Shown here piece after piece: positions 1 through 9,223 of a DNA stretch of 64,000 nucleotides. Origin of the DNA: an uncultured bacterium (lineage in GTDB: Bacteria; Actinomycetota; Coriobacteriia; Coriobacteriales; Coriobacteriaceae); the NCBI GenBank assembly GCA_905214905.1, contig CAJMNK010000002.1, forward strand, positions 405 through 64,404. Reading direction: 5' to 3'. The translations under genes were made by a program, and so were the position numbers. The first letter of the stretch is position 1. Each line of letters begins with the position of its first letter. Under the pieces are notes generated by a model that worked only from the letters and a program-made list of their open reading frames with translations, was not told the origin of the DNA and searched no databases.

Positions 1-2180
1 TGGTTCCAGAATTGGGTACCGATGTAGCCGCACGTACGACGGGCGACGTTCATCTTCTCCTGATCGCGGTTGCCGCAGTTGGGGCACTCCCACACCAGCT
101 TGCCATCGTCCTCAACAATCTTGATCTCGCCATCGTAGCCGCACACCTGGCAGTAGTCGCTCTTGGTGTTGAGCTCGGCGTACATGATATTGTCGTAGAT
201 GTACTGCATCACGCGAATGACAGCCTTGAGGTTGTCCTGCATGTTGGGAACCTCGACGTAGGAGATGGCACCGCCCGGCGAAAGCTGCTGGAACATACCC
301 TCGAACTTAAGCTTGTCGAATGCGTCGATCTCCTCGGACACGTGGACGTGGTAGCTGTTGGTGATGTAGCCCTTGTCCGTCACGCCCGGGATGATGCCAA
401 AACGACGCTGCAGGCACTTGGCGAACTTGTAGGTCGTCGACTCAAGCGGGGTACCGTACAGCGAGAAGTCAATATCGCTTTCGGCCTTCCACTCGGCGCA
501 CTTGTCGTTCATGCGCTGCATGACGGCCATGGCAAAGGGCGTGCCCTCCTTCTCGGTGTGGCTGTGGCCCGTCATGTACTTGACGCACTCATACAGACCG
601 GCATAGCCCAGGCTGATGGTGGAATAGCCGCCCACGAGCAGCTTATCGATTGTCTCGCCCTTCTTCAGACGCGCCAGGGCACCGTACTGCCAAAGAATCG
701 GCGCGGCATCCGAAAGCGTGCCCATCAGGCGCTCATGACGGCACAGCAGGGCACGGTGGCACAGCTCAAGGCGCTCGTCGAAGATCTTCCAGAACTTGTC
801 CATGTCCTGATGCGAGCTCAGCGCGACATCGGGCAGGTTGATGGTCACAACACCCTGGTTAAAGCGGCCATAGTACTTAGGCTTGGTCGGGTCATAGTTC
901 AGCGCGTTGGCGACATTGTTAAAGCCGTTGCCCGAGCGATCGGGCGTCAGGAAGCTGCGGCAACCCATGCAGGTATAGCAGTCGCCGTTGCCCGCGGTCT
1001 CGCCCTTCGACAGCTTGAGCTCGCGCATCTTCTTCTCGGAGATGTAGTCGGGCACCATGCGCTTGGCGGTGCACTTAGCGGCCAGCTGGGTCAGGTAGAA
1101 GTACGGGGAATTCTCGTGAACGTTATCGTCCTCGAGTACATAGATGAGCTTGGGGAATGCCGGGGTAATCCACACGCCGGCCTCGTTCTTAACGCCCTCG
1201 TAGCGCTGGCGAAGCGTCTCCTCCACAATCATGGCAAGGTCGTGCTTCTCCTGGGGCGTGCGGGCCTCATTGAGATACATAAAGACCGTCACGAACGGCG
1301 CCTGGCCATTCGTGGTCATAAGGGTCACGACCTGATACTGAATCGTCTGGACGCCGCGACGGATCTCATCGCGCAGGCGATCCTCAACGACCTCGCGCAC
1401 TTTTTCGGGGGATGCGGAAACACCGAGCTCCTCGAGCTCGCGGGCGACCTCGCCGCGAATCTTTTGACGGCTCACCTCGACAAAGGGGGCAAGATGGGTC
1501 AGCGAAATCGACTGGCCACCGTACTGGGAGGAAGCGACCTGGGCGATGATCTGCGTCGCGATGTTGCAGGCGGTCGAAAAGCTGTGTGGCTTCTCGATCA
1601 GCGTGCCCGAGATAACAGTGCCGTTCTGGAGCATGTCCTCCAGGTTCACTAGGTCGCAGTTATGCATGTGCTGGGCAAAGTAGTCCGAATCATGGAAGTG
1701 AATCAGACCCTCATTGTGAGCATCCACGATCTCTTGGGGCAGCAGCACACGCTGGGTCAGGTCCTTGGAGATCTCGCCGGCCATGTAGTCACGCTGAACG
1801 GAGTTGACGGTCGGGTTCTTGTTGGAGTTCTCCTGCTTGACCTCTTCGTTATTGCACTCGATGAGCGACAGGATCTTGTCATCGGTCGTGTTCTTCTGGC
1901 GCTTCAGGCTCTGAACATAGCGATAGATGATGTAGTGGCGGGCAACCTCGTAGCAGTCGAGACGCATGATCTCGTCCTCGACCAAATCCTGGATCTCCTC
2001 GACCGAAACGGTGTGGCCCGCGTTCTCACATGCCTCGGCGACGTTTTGTGCCGCGTAAACCACCTGGCGGTCAGTTAGACGAGAGCTCTCCTCGACCTCC
2101 AAGTTGGCGGCGCGGATGGCATTGACGATCTTATCGATGTCAAAGACAACCTCGGTGCCGCTGCGCTTGATGATCTTCAT
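1..2180 (-). CDS. nrdD: Anaerobic (class III) ribonucleoside-triphosphate reductase, truncated at window edge
   Basis: Minus strand from 2180 reads MKIIKRSGTEVVFDIDKIVNAIRAAN (ATP-cone). Further on it has class III RNR motifs (YACMGCRSFL, GRFNQGVVTINL, YITNSYHV). Absent from the ORF track, presumably because it runs off the window; the + strand ORFs here are antisense shadows. Confidence 0.93.
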   Translation of the reverse strand, partial: MKIIKRSGTEVVFDIDKIVNAIRAANLEVEESSRLTDRQVVYAAQNVAEACENAGHTVSVEEIQDLVEDEIMRLDCYEVARHYIIYRYVQSLKRQKNTTDDKILSLIECNNEEVKQENSNKNPTVNSVQRDYMAGEISKDLTQRVLLPQEIVDAHNEGLIHFHDSDYFAQHMHNCDLVNLEDMLQNGTVISGTLIEKPHSFSTACNIATQIIAQVASSQYGGQSISLTHLAPFVEVSRQKIRGEVARELEELGVSASPEKVREVVEDRLRDEIRRGVQTIQYQVVTLMTTNGQAPFVTVFMYLNEARTPQEKHDLAMIVEETLRQRYEGVKNEAGVWITPAFPKLIYVLEDDNVHENSPYFYLTQLAAKCTAKRMVPDYISEKKMRELKLSKGETAGNGDCYTCMGCRSFLTPDRSGNGFNNVANALNYDPTKPKYYGRFNQGVVTINLPDVALSSHQDMDKFWKIFDERLELCHRALLCRHERLMGTLSDAAPILWQYGALARLKKGETIDKLLVGGYSTISLGYAGLYECVKYMTGHSHTEKEGTPFAMAVMQRMNDKCAEWKAESDIDFSLYGTPLESTTYKFAKCLQRRFGIIPGVTDKGYITNSYHVHVSEEIDAFDKLKFEGMFQQLSPGGAISYVEVPNMQDNLKAVIRVMQYIYDNIMYAELNTKSDYCQVCGYDGEIKIVEDDGKLVWECPNCGNRDQEKMNVARRTCGYIGTQFWN

Positions 2181-2405
2181 CCTCTTGCCTCTTTCGCATC
2201 GTAGCCTCATTGCGCTTCAGAGCCAAACGATGCCCGGCAGGGCCTGTCCCTGTCTTGCGGCGCCGTCGCGCAATCTGTGTTCTCGATAAACCATAAGCCT
2301 CCATGCGGACATTCCCAGAAGCCGATCAAGCGGCTCAAGGACACGTTCAAAAGAGGCAGTTAAGGTCTTCGTTCTCTGTCCGCCATCTATCATACGACAA
2401 AGAGG

Positions 2406-2453
2406 CATCTATATCCTGTATTCTTTTTTTAGGTCAAACACAACATATAGTGT
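2406..2453. promoter_or_regulatory. Tandem NrdR boxes upstream of nrdD
   Basis: ACACAACATATAGTGT (2438-2453) fits the NrdR consensus acaCwAtATaTwGtgt. A degenerate copy CATCTATATCCTGTAT (2406-2421) lies 32 bp away. Confidence 0.8.
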
Positions 2454-2777
2454 TTCAGCAGGTCAAAGCAATTGGTCATTTTGCAGACGCATTAATTATG
2501 AGGGGTTCTTGGCAAGTCGGTAAAACGTTACCAACACGGCTACCTGCATGGCAGTTATAAAACCCCCTTAGTCAAGCCGCTGACAAATCCTACCAAAACC
2601 AAGCCGCTCACGCCAAAAGAATCCAAAAGATTATGCTTGACCAACATGTTGCGGTCTCAATCGGCCAGAACGTATGCAATCTGCCGGCACCTCTACGGGA
2701 TGCGAAGACCATCGCGTACGGACCTTGGATCAATATTTGGTGGCTTATTTGGCGGCGTGCTTGGTAGCAAAACAAAA

Positions 2778-2805
2778 CAGCCCAGAGGACGTAGCCTCTG
2801 AGCTG
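2778..2805 (-). terminator. Probable terminator hairpin downstream of tRNA-Val
   Basis: CAGCCCAGAGG-ACGTAG-CCTCTGAGCTG hairpin, followed on the minus strand by TTTTGTTTT. Confidence 0.6.
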
Positions 2806-2813
2806 CGAACATT

Positions 2814-2888
2814 TGGTGGGCGTTAGAAGATTTGAACTTCTGACCTCTTCCGTGTCAGGGAAGCGCTCTCCCCCTGAGCTAAACGCCC
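2814..2888 (-). tRNA. tRNA-Val(GAC)
   Basis: Reverse complement GGGCGTTTAGCTCAGGGGGAGAGCGCTTCCCTGACACGGAAGAGGTCAGAAGTTCAAATCTTCTAACGCCCACCA folds as a cloverleaf with anticodon GAC and encoded CCA. Confidence 0.97.
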
Positions 2889-2917
2889 GATCAAGGGTGC
2901 GCGAGTGCGCAGGAAAT

Positions 2918-2946
2918 AATATAACGGAGCTCCCACCCGCTGGCAA
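2918..2946 (-). promoter_or_regulatory. sigma70-type promoter of tRNA-Val
   Basis: TTGCCA-17 nt-TATATT on the minus strand. Confidence 0.65.
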
Positions 2947-3119
2947 GAACTATTTTTTAAAAAGTGGCAACTTGCGACCCTGTCGGTCCCCGATGCGGCG
3001 CGAGCAGCACGCGAAAAGTCGCGTTTGTACCCCCGATGAACTGCACATTCGCGTAAAATATTCCCATTATGGGCAAATGGTGTCCAGGTAGTTTACGATG
3101 CGGCATCTGGGGGAGGGGC

Positions 3120-4004
3120 ATGTCGGACGCGCGCTCGCTGCGAAAACAGTTCAATCGCATGCTCGCCACGTTGCTGGTGGCCCTTGCTGCTGCCGGATCC
3201 GTAACATATGCCTGGTACATCTACAACGCCAACCGCCACATCACCGACGTCAAGATGGCCGCCGGCACGGGCGTGACCTTCCTCATCTCCAACGAGTACG
3301 ACGGCGAATACAAAACCAACGCCGGCCTGAGCTTTTCGGGCCTGCTCGATCCCGTCTCGACCGATAACGTGCTCAACGGCTTTCAAAAGGTAACGGGCTT
3401 TACCGGCGGAACCACCCAGGACTCGCTCTTTGCCAGCATGTTTGGTGCCGCCGAGCATTCCGACTACTACAAGACCTCCCTGTACCTGGCCACCAACTCG
3501 GCCGCGACCGATGTGTACCTGTCGGGCATCGACTTTACCGAGCAGGACCCGGCAAACCCCATCTCCACCGCCCTGCGGGTGGGCCTGGTTACCTATGCTC
3601 CGGGACGGGGCGACACCGTTACGGGCCAGTACGTCTTTGAGGTCTCGGGCGAGCGCAATCCCCAGGCGCGCTACAACACACTCGATGGCAAGGATGCCGG
3701 CGAAAACGAGCAGAATCACCTGGTGCTCGACAGTACCCGCTCCGATGGAACAACGGTGCATTTTGACCAGCTGACCAGTTCAAACTTCTGTGACTACAAC
3801 GAAGACACCGGTATCGTGGGCCTCAAGGAGGCCACGACCAAGATCTGCAGCCTGCCCGCCGCTGCCAAGGGAGCCAACCGTAGCACGCCCGTGCGTGTGG
3901 ATGTATACGTGTGGCTGGAAGGCTGCGACCCCGACTGCACCAACAATCTGGCCGCCACCAGCCTGCAATCGCTGGCACTGCGCTTTGCCGGCAAGCGTTC
4001 GTAA
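3120..4004 (+). CDS. Secreted protein with SipW-class signal peptide (fibre subunit-like, paralog 1)
   Basis: GGAGGGG RBS before ATG 3120. Basic N-region, hydrophobic core and TYAWY; C-terminal VDVYVWLEGCDPDC...LRF. Confidence 0.8.
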   Translation: MSDARSLRKQFNRMLATLLVALAAAGSVTYAWYIYNANRHITDVKMAAGTGVTFLISNEYDGEYKTNAGLSFSGLLDPVSTDNVLNGFQKVTGFTGGTTQDSLFASMFGAAEHSDYYKTSLYLATNSAATDVYLSGIDFTEQDPANPISTALRVGLVTYAPGRGDTVTGQYVFEVSGERNPQARYNTLDGKDAGENEQNHLVLDSTRSDGTTVHFDQLTSSNFCDYNEDTGIVGLKEATTKICSLPAAAKGANRSTPVRVDVYVWLEGCDPDCTNNLAATSLQSLALRFAGKRS

Positions 4005-4015
4005 GGGGGCCAGGG

Positions 4016-4852
4016 ATGAGTGCATCGAACATCAAAGATATCCTGGGCTCGCGCCGTCGCATGGTTGCCGCGGCCGCATGGATGTTGGTGCTGGTAGCCG
4101 CCCTGAGTGCCGCTACCTACGCCTGGTTTAGCAACTCGCGCTACACCAACATGACGCCCGTGGCACACACGGTAAGCGACGAGGGCTCCGACCTGCAGAT
4201 TGGACTTTCGGCCAACGGACCATGGGACACAACGGCAACGCTTGCCGCCGCCGACAAAACACTCTACCCCATCTCGACGGCAGACCTTTCCCGCTTTTGG
4301 CGTGGCACCTTCCAAAATGCCGCGGGCATTACGACCGACTACGCCGACTGCACCGCGCAGCTGGACGACTATGCCCTCACTGGCACGCTGTACCTTAAGG
4401 GCAGCGATAGCGCTCTCAACGTGTACCTGTACCAGGGCCAGATGAGCGTGACGAGCGACCCGCAACTGCTGGCCGCACTGCGCCTGGGCCTGGTCATCAC
4501 GACCCAGTCCGGTACGCAAACGCATATCTTTACCTGCGACGATCTGGGCAACACCTCGGGCGCCACCAGTAGGCGTACCACCGCGCAAGACGGCGTGGTC
4601 GTGGCGCCCGGTGCCTCGGGCTGGACCTACACCGCCGATCCCGCACGCGCCATAAGCGCCTACAGCATGGACGGCGCCGGCGACACGCCCACAGCGCGCG
4701 CAGGCGCCACGCCCATCTGCACGCTGGCCGCCAACGAGGTGGCAAGCGTTCGCTACGTTGTGTACATGGAAGGCTGCGACGCCCAATGCATCGACGAGGC
4801 TCAGGCTCGCGATGTGGTGCTGCAGCTTGCCTTTGCCGCGGCCAAGGCATAA
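4016..4852 (+). CDS. Secreted protein with SipW-class signal peptide (paralog 2)
   Basis: ATG 4016. RRR plus hydrophobic core and ATYAWF; LYPISTAD, ALRLGL, VYMEGCDAQC...LAF. Confidence 0.8.
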   Translation: MSASNIKDILGSRRRMVAAAAWMLVLVAALSAATYAWFSNSRYTNMTPVAHTVSDEGSDLQIGLSANGPWDTTATLAAADKTLYPISTADLSRFWRGTFQNAAGITTDYADCTAQLDDYALTGTLYLKGSDSALNVYLYQGQMSVTSDPQLLAALRLGLVITTQSGTQTHIFTCDDLGNTSGATSRRTTAQDGVVVAPGASGWTYTADPARAISAYSMDGAGDTPTARAGATPICTLAANEVASVRYVVYMEGCDAQCIDEAQARDVVLQLAFAAAKA

Positions 4853-4867
4853 GGGGGGCGAAGCGAC

Positions 4868-5854
4868 ATGGAAGACAAGAAGCACATGCCAGCAGATAAC
4901 CGCAAGGCCAAAACCCAGAGCGCTAGCTCCGCGGCCCCCTCCAGCGCGTCCGTCGATCGCCAGGTCCTCGAGGGCGCCGCCGCCCGCCGTCACGCCCGTC
5001 GCGCGCGTGCCTACATCGCGCTCGTTATGGTGGCGCTCGCCGCCACTTTGGGCGCCGCGACCTACGCCTGGTTTACCAGCAACATGAAGGTCAACACCAA
5101 CTCGGTGAGCGTGCACAGCGACACGTCCAAGCTGGTGCTGGAGTTGGGCGATGCCGATCGCGGCAACTGGTCGCAGCAGGGCGATGCGTCTCTGGCCTCC
5201 ACCGCGAGCGGGGCCGTGACGCTCTACCCGGTCTCGACCTTTGACCTCAACGGCTTTGCTGCCTGCGCGCAAAACAACTCAGCCGGCGATGCCGCGGTGT
5301 TTGAGCAGGCAAAAGACAACGGCTCTGCCTACTATCACGGCTGGATCGACCTGCGTCCCACCATCACGGGCACGGGCGCCAGCAAGGTTAAGGGCAAGGT
5401 GAGCCTGTATCTGGCAGAGTCGCTGGTCCCGCAGGGTGCCGACGCCGAGCTGCTGCGCGCGGCCCGCGTGGGCATTAAAGTCTCGAGCGGCAACCAGGTG
5501 CTCGCCACCAACATCTTTGAGCTCGACAGTTCCGACAGCGGTCATCGCGGCGAGCATCCCACGACCGCCCCAGCTGGCCTTGCCGGCTACGCCGATGGCA
5601 TGCTGCTGGGCTGGCAAAACGGCCAGCTCGCTTGCGGTGTCAACGTGACACAGGACCCGGCCGCCTTTACGCTGGACACGAGCGAGACGGCCGAGCGCCC
5701 GCAAAACTCGCTCGCCACGCTGGGTCTTGGCCAGACCTATCGTCTGGACATCTATTACTACATCGAGGGCACCGACCCCGATAGCGCCGACTACCTGCAT
5801 CAAGACCCGGGCACCCTGCACCTGGCCCTCTTTGCGACCTTGGACGGTGAGTAG
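4868..5854 (+). CDS. Secreted protein with SipW-class signal peptide (paralog 3)
   Basis: RRHARRAR plus hydrophobic core and ATYAWF; LYPVSTFD, AARVGI, YYIEGTDPDS...LALF. Confidence 0.8.
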   Translation: MEDKKHMPADNRKAKTQSASSAAPSSASVDRQVLEGAAARRHARRARAYIALVMVALAATLGAATYAWFTSNMKVNTNSVSVHSDTSKLVLELGDADRGNWSQQGDASLASTASGAVTLYPVSTFDLNGFAACAQNNSAGDAAVFEQAKDNGSAYYHGWIDLRPTITGTGASKVKGKVSLYLAESLVPQGADAELLRAARVGIKVSSGNQVLATNIFELDSSDSGHRGEHPTTAPAGLAGYADGMLLGWQNGQLACGVNVTQDPAAFTLDTSETAERPQNSLATLGLGQTYRLDIYYYIEGTDPDSADYLHQDPGTLHLALFATLDGE

Positions 5855-5856
5855 CC

Positions 5857-6660
5857 ATGACGCGTAAGCAACCCGCCGCCAACTGCACGCCCGCCACCCG
5901 CCAGCCCAGCGCCCCCGCCCCCGCCGATACCGACCTGCGCCGCAAGCTCACCACCACCGTGGTGCTGGTGCTGTTTGCGCTGGTGGCGATAGCCATGGCA
6001 ACGTTCGCCTGGTTCTCAATCGCCGATAGTGCCAAGACCCGCATGCTCATGATCGACGCCAACGCCGACGGCTCGCTGCGCTTTGACCTGGACGAGCACG
6101 CCACCTTCGACGAATACGTGCACAGTCTGGGCTTTGACCGGATCTCGGCACGTATCGCCAGCGAAAAGGGCGTGGACATCGATGCGTCCAAGCTCAAGCC
6201 CGTCACCACGAGCGATTACCAGACCTTTACCTTTGAGGACGGCTCCACCGCCGATCCCGCCACCGGCGCCTACCTGGAGTTCACGCTGCACTTTATGAGC
6301 AGTACGGACCTGCGCGTGCGCCTGACCGGGCAGGATGGTGACGGTAGTGTGTCCGGCACGCGGTTTAGCTCCGACACGCAGGGCATGGCCAGCGCCATGC
6401 GCATGAGCTTTACCGCCGACGGCCACACCTGGGTCTACAACCCCAACGGGGGTGGGGGTTCGTCCGGCGCGGCCACCGTCTTTGGACTCGATTCGGGCGC
6501 TGCTACCGCGGCCAGCGATATGTTCGACCTGATAAAAGATACGGATAAGCCGGTAACCGTTTGCATATGGCTCGAGGGAACGGACCCAAATTGCACTAAT
6601 ATGCTAAAGGGAGCTAACTATTCGGTTTCGATGCGCTTTGAGGGCATCGGGGAACAGTAG
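5857..6660 (+). CDS. Secreted protein with SipW-class signal peptide (paralog 4)
   Basis: RRK plus hydrophobic core and ATFAWF; LKPVTTSD, AMRMSF, IWLEGTDPNC...MRF. Confidence 0.8.
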   Translation: MTRKQPAANCTPATRQPSAPAPADTDLRRKLTTTVVLVLFALVAIAMATFAWFSIADSAKTRMLMIDANADGSLRFDLDEHATFDEYVHSLGFDRISARIASEKGVDIDASKLKPVTTSDYQTFTFEDGSTADPATGAYLEFTLHFMSSTDLRVRLTGQDGDGSVSGTRFSSDTQGMASAMRMSFTADGHTWVYNPNGGGGSSGAATVFGLDSGAATAASDMFDLIKDTDKPVTVCIWLEGTDPNCTNMLKGANYSVSMRFEGIGEQ

Positions 6661-6720
6661 ATATGCACGGCGGCCGCCGGGCCGCGCACGACCTAGACAG
6701 ACACGGTAGTAAGGGACATC

Positions 6721-7467
6721 ATGCAATCTGTTAAAAAAGTCGCATCCATCGCACTGAGCGTCGTCATGTGGATCATCATCCTGGTGGCGGCCCTGTATGC
6801 GTTTACCACGCTTGCCACGCGCGAGGACGGCAGCGTCTCTGACATCGCCGGCTTCACCCCGCTCGCCGTGCAGTCCGACTCCATGGCTCCCACGTTTAAC
6901 AAGGGCGACCTCATCTTCATCAAAAAGTGCGACACCTCCAAGCTCGAGGTGGGCGACATCGTGACGTTCCATACCATCATCGACAACGAGTACGCGCTCA
7001 ACACGCACCGCATCGCCGCCATCGACGAGGTCAACGGCATGCGCAGCTTTACCACCAAGGGCGATAACAACGACGTGGCCGATACGCACATCATCAGCGA
7101 CGGCGATATCGTGGGCAAGTACGTGTTCGCGCTGCCGCAGATGGGCAAGGTCATGGACTTCCTGTCCAGCTCCATGGGCTTCCTCATTGTGATCGTGCTG
7201 CCCATGCTGCTGTTCTTTATCTACCAGGTGTATCACCTCATCGTGGTGGGCATGAACCTCAAGCGCGCTATGGCCGAGGAGGACCGCCTGGCCGCCGCGG
7301 CTGCCATCGTGGACGCCGAGGGCAAGGGTGACACTACCGTCACGGCCGATAACGCCGCCGAGCAGCTTGCCCAGGCCGAGGCCAAGCTCGAGGAAGCTCG
7401 TCGTTTAAAGGCCGAGGCCGAGGCGGCGATGAACGCGACCAAGCAGGAGGGTACCGACGGTGAGTGA
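6721..7467 (+). CDS. sipW: Signal peptidase I, SipW/ER-type (S26B), copy 1
   Basis: N-terminal TM; SDSMAP (catalytic Ser), GDIVTF, NTHRI (catalytic His), TKGDNN; C-terminal TM and an Ala/Glu tail. Confidence 0.9.
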   Translation: MQSVKKVASIALSVVMWIIILVAALYAFTTLATREDGSVSDIAGFTPLAVQSDSMAPTFNKGDLIFIKKCDTSKLEVGDIVTFHTIIDNEYALNTHRIAAIDEVNGMRSFTTKGDNNDVADTHIISDGDIVGKYVFALPQMGKVMDFLSSSMGFLIVIVLPMLLFFIYQVYHLIVVGMNLKRAMAEEDRLAAAAAIVDAEGKGDTTVTADNAAEQLAQAEAKLEEARRLKAEAEAAMNATKQEGTDGE

Positions 7468-9154
7468 GTTTCTGGGATTTGCCTGGGAGCTGCTGGCAAA
7501 GGTTGTCTACAACGTCGTTGCCGTTGTGAGCTCCATCCTTAACCTGCTGGTGTTTGGCTGGGTTGAGTACTTCAACATCTTTATGACCTACTTCACCACG
7601 TTTGACCTGGTGGGCAAGATCGGCGCGGTCATTCTGTTTGCCATGCTCATCGCAGTCCCCGTGCTGATTGTGGCCATTCTGATCCACCACTACCGCATCA
7701 ACCGTCGCCTGCATCGCGACGACACGTCCAACAAGGCGCTCTATCGCGAGATCGGCCGCCTGAACAAGCAGGTGCTCGACCTCATGGACGAGAAGAACAA
7801 GCTGCTGGCGCTCAAGGTCAATGCCATGGGCGGCACCAAGCAGATTCCGTACGTGGGTGCCTCGGCCCTGGCCGACGACCACCTGCCCACGGTGGGCAAC
7901 GTGGTGGGCGCCGCTGCGGGCGCCGCTGCGGGCGAGGGCGCCGCGGCGACGGCCGTCATGTCGGGCAACGCGTCGCTCGCGCTCGACGGTGCGGGCGTCA
8001 AGGATGCCGCGGCCGCCATGGCCAAGGCGACCGTCGAGGCCAAGACCCTTGCCGAGGAAAAAGAAATCGCCCAGGCCAACCGCTTCCCCAAGCTGTCCCT
8101 GGTGGACCTTAAGTACCGCGACTGGGAATCGCCGGTCTACGACGATGCCATCTCGCTGGAGGACTTTGTCGACAGCTTCCGCGCGTTTGCGTGCAGCCAG
8201 ATGAAGCTCTACTACACGCCCGAGATCATCCGCCGCTTTGTGGCCGGCATGGCCGCCTCCAAGCTGCTGATCCTGGAGGGCATCTCGGGTACCGGTAAGA
8301 CGTCGCTGCCCTACAGCTTTAGCCGCTACTTGGACAACCCCGCGACCATCGTTTCGGTGCAGCCGAGCTTCCGCGACCGCACCGAGGTGCTGGGCTACTT
8401 CAACGAGTTTTCCAAGCGCTTTAACGAGACCGAGTTCCTCCGCGCCGTGTATGAGGCGGGCCTTCGCCAGGACCCGTCCATGATCGTGCTCGACGAGATG
8501 AACCTCGCCCGCGTGGAGTACTACTTTGCCGAGATCCTGTCGGTGCTCGAGATGCCCAGCCACGACGAATGGGTGCTCGACCTGGTGCCCACCCAGTGGG
8601 CCGCCGACCCCAAGGCCCTGCACGACGGCAAGCTCACCATTCCCGACAGCCTGTGGTTTATCGGCACGGCCAACAACGACGACTCCACCTTTACCATCAC
8701 GGACAAGGTGTACGACCGCGCAATCCCCATCGAGCTCAACGAGCGCGCCGACGCGTTTGAGTGCGAGCCGCACGAGCGCGTGCACGTGACGGCCGATCAC
8801 CTGCAGTATCTATTCCAAAAGGCCAAGGTCGAGTATGTGATCGACGAGGAGCTGCTCCAGAAGATGCACAAGCTGGACCAGTACCTGCAGACCCGCTTTA
8901 AGCTGGCCTTTGGTAACCGTATCATCAAGCAGATGTACGACTTCATCCCCGTGTACGTGGCGTGCGGCGGCACCGAGCTGGGCGGCATGGACTACATCAT
9001 CGCCCGCAAGGTGCTCAAGAAGTTTGAGTCCATGAACGTGAGCTTTGTGCGCGACGAGATGAAGGGCCTGATCGAGTACATCGAGAAGACCTTTGGCGAG
9101 GGCGGCCTGCCCGATTCCGTCATGTACTTGCAGCGGATCCAGAACTTCTACTAA
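7460..9154 (+). CDS. Membrane-anchored McrB-family AAA+ NTPase
   Basis: GTG start overlapping the sipW stop. Two N-terminal hydrophobic segments; Walker A GISGTGKT; Walker B IVLDEMNLAR; McrB NxxD signature GTANNDD followed by DKVYDRA. Confidence 0.85.
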   Translation: MSEFLGFAWELLAKVVYNVVAVVSSILNLLVFGWVEYFNIFMTYFTTFDLVGKIGAVILFAMLIAVPVLIVAILIHHYRINRRLHRDDTSNKALYREIGRLNKQVLDLMDEKNKLLALKVNAMGGTKQIPYVGASALADDHLPTVGNVVGAAAGAAAGEGAAATAVMSGNASLALDGAGVKDAAAAMAKATVEAKTLAEEKEIAQANRFPKLSLVDLKYRDWESPVYDDAISLEDFVDSFRAFACSQMKLYYTPEIIRRFVAGMAASKLLILEGISGTGKTSLPYSFSRYLDNPATIVSVQPSFRDRTEVLGYFNEFSKRFNETEFLRAVYEAGLRQDPSMIVLDEMNLARVEYYFAEILSVLEMPSHDEWVLDLVPTQWAADPKALHDGKLTIPDSLWFIGTANNDDSTFTITDKVYDRAIPIELNERADAFECEPHERVHVTADHLQYLFQKAKVEYVIDEELLQKMHKLDQYLQTRFKLAFGNRIIKQMYDFIPVYVACGGTELGGMDYIIARKVLKKFESMNVSFVRDEMKGLIEYIEKTFGEGGLPDSVMYLQRIQNFY

Positions 9155-9223
9155 TGCTGTAAGTGCGGGGCGGCGTGATGTCGCCTCGCCCCTTTCCGAT
9201 CGATCCAATCTATGGAGTAACCC

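Noticed and set aside
12..2078. Long + strand ORFs (546 aa, 138 aa)
   Set aside because: Antisense shadows of nrdD, which has clear motifs on the minus strand.
2950..3119. Possible c-di-GMP riboswitch upstream of the fibre operon (GGGCAAA seen)
   Set aside because: The remaining consensus elements and paired stems are not identifiable.
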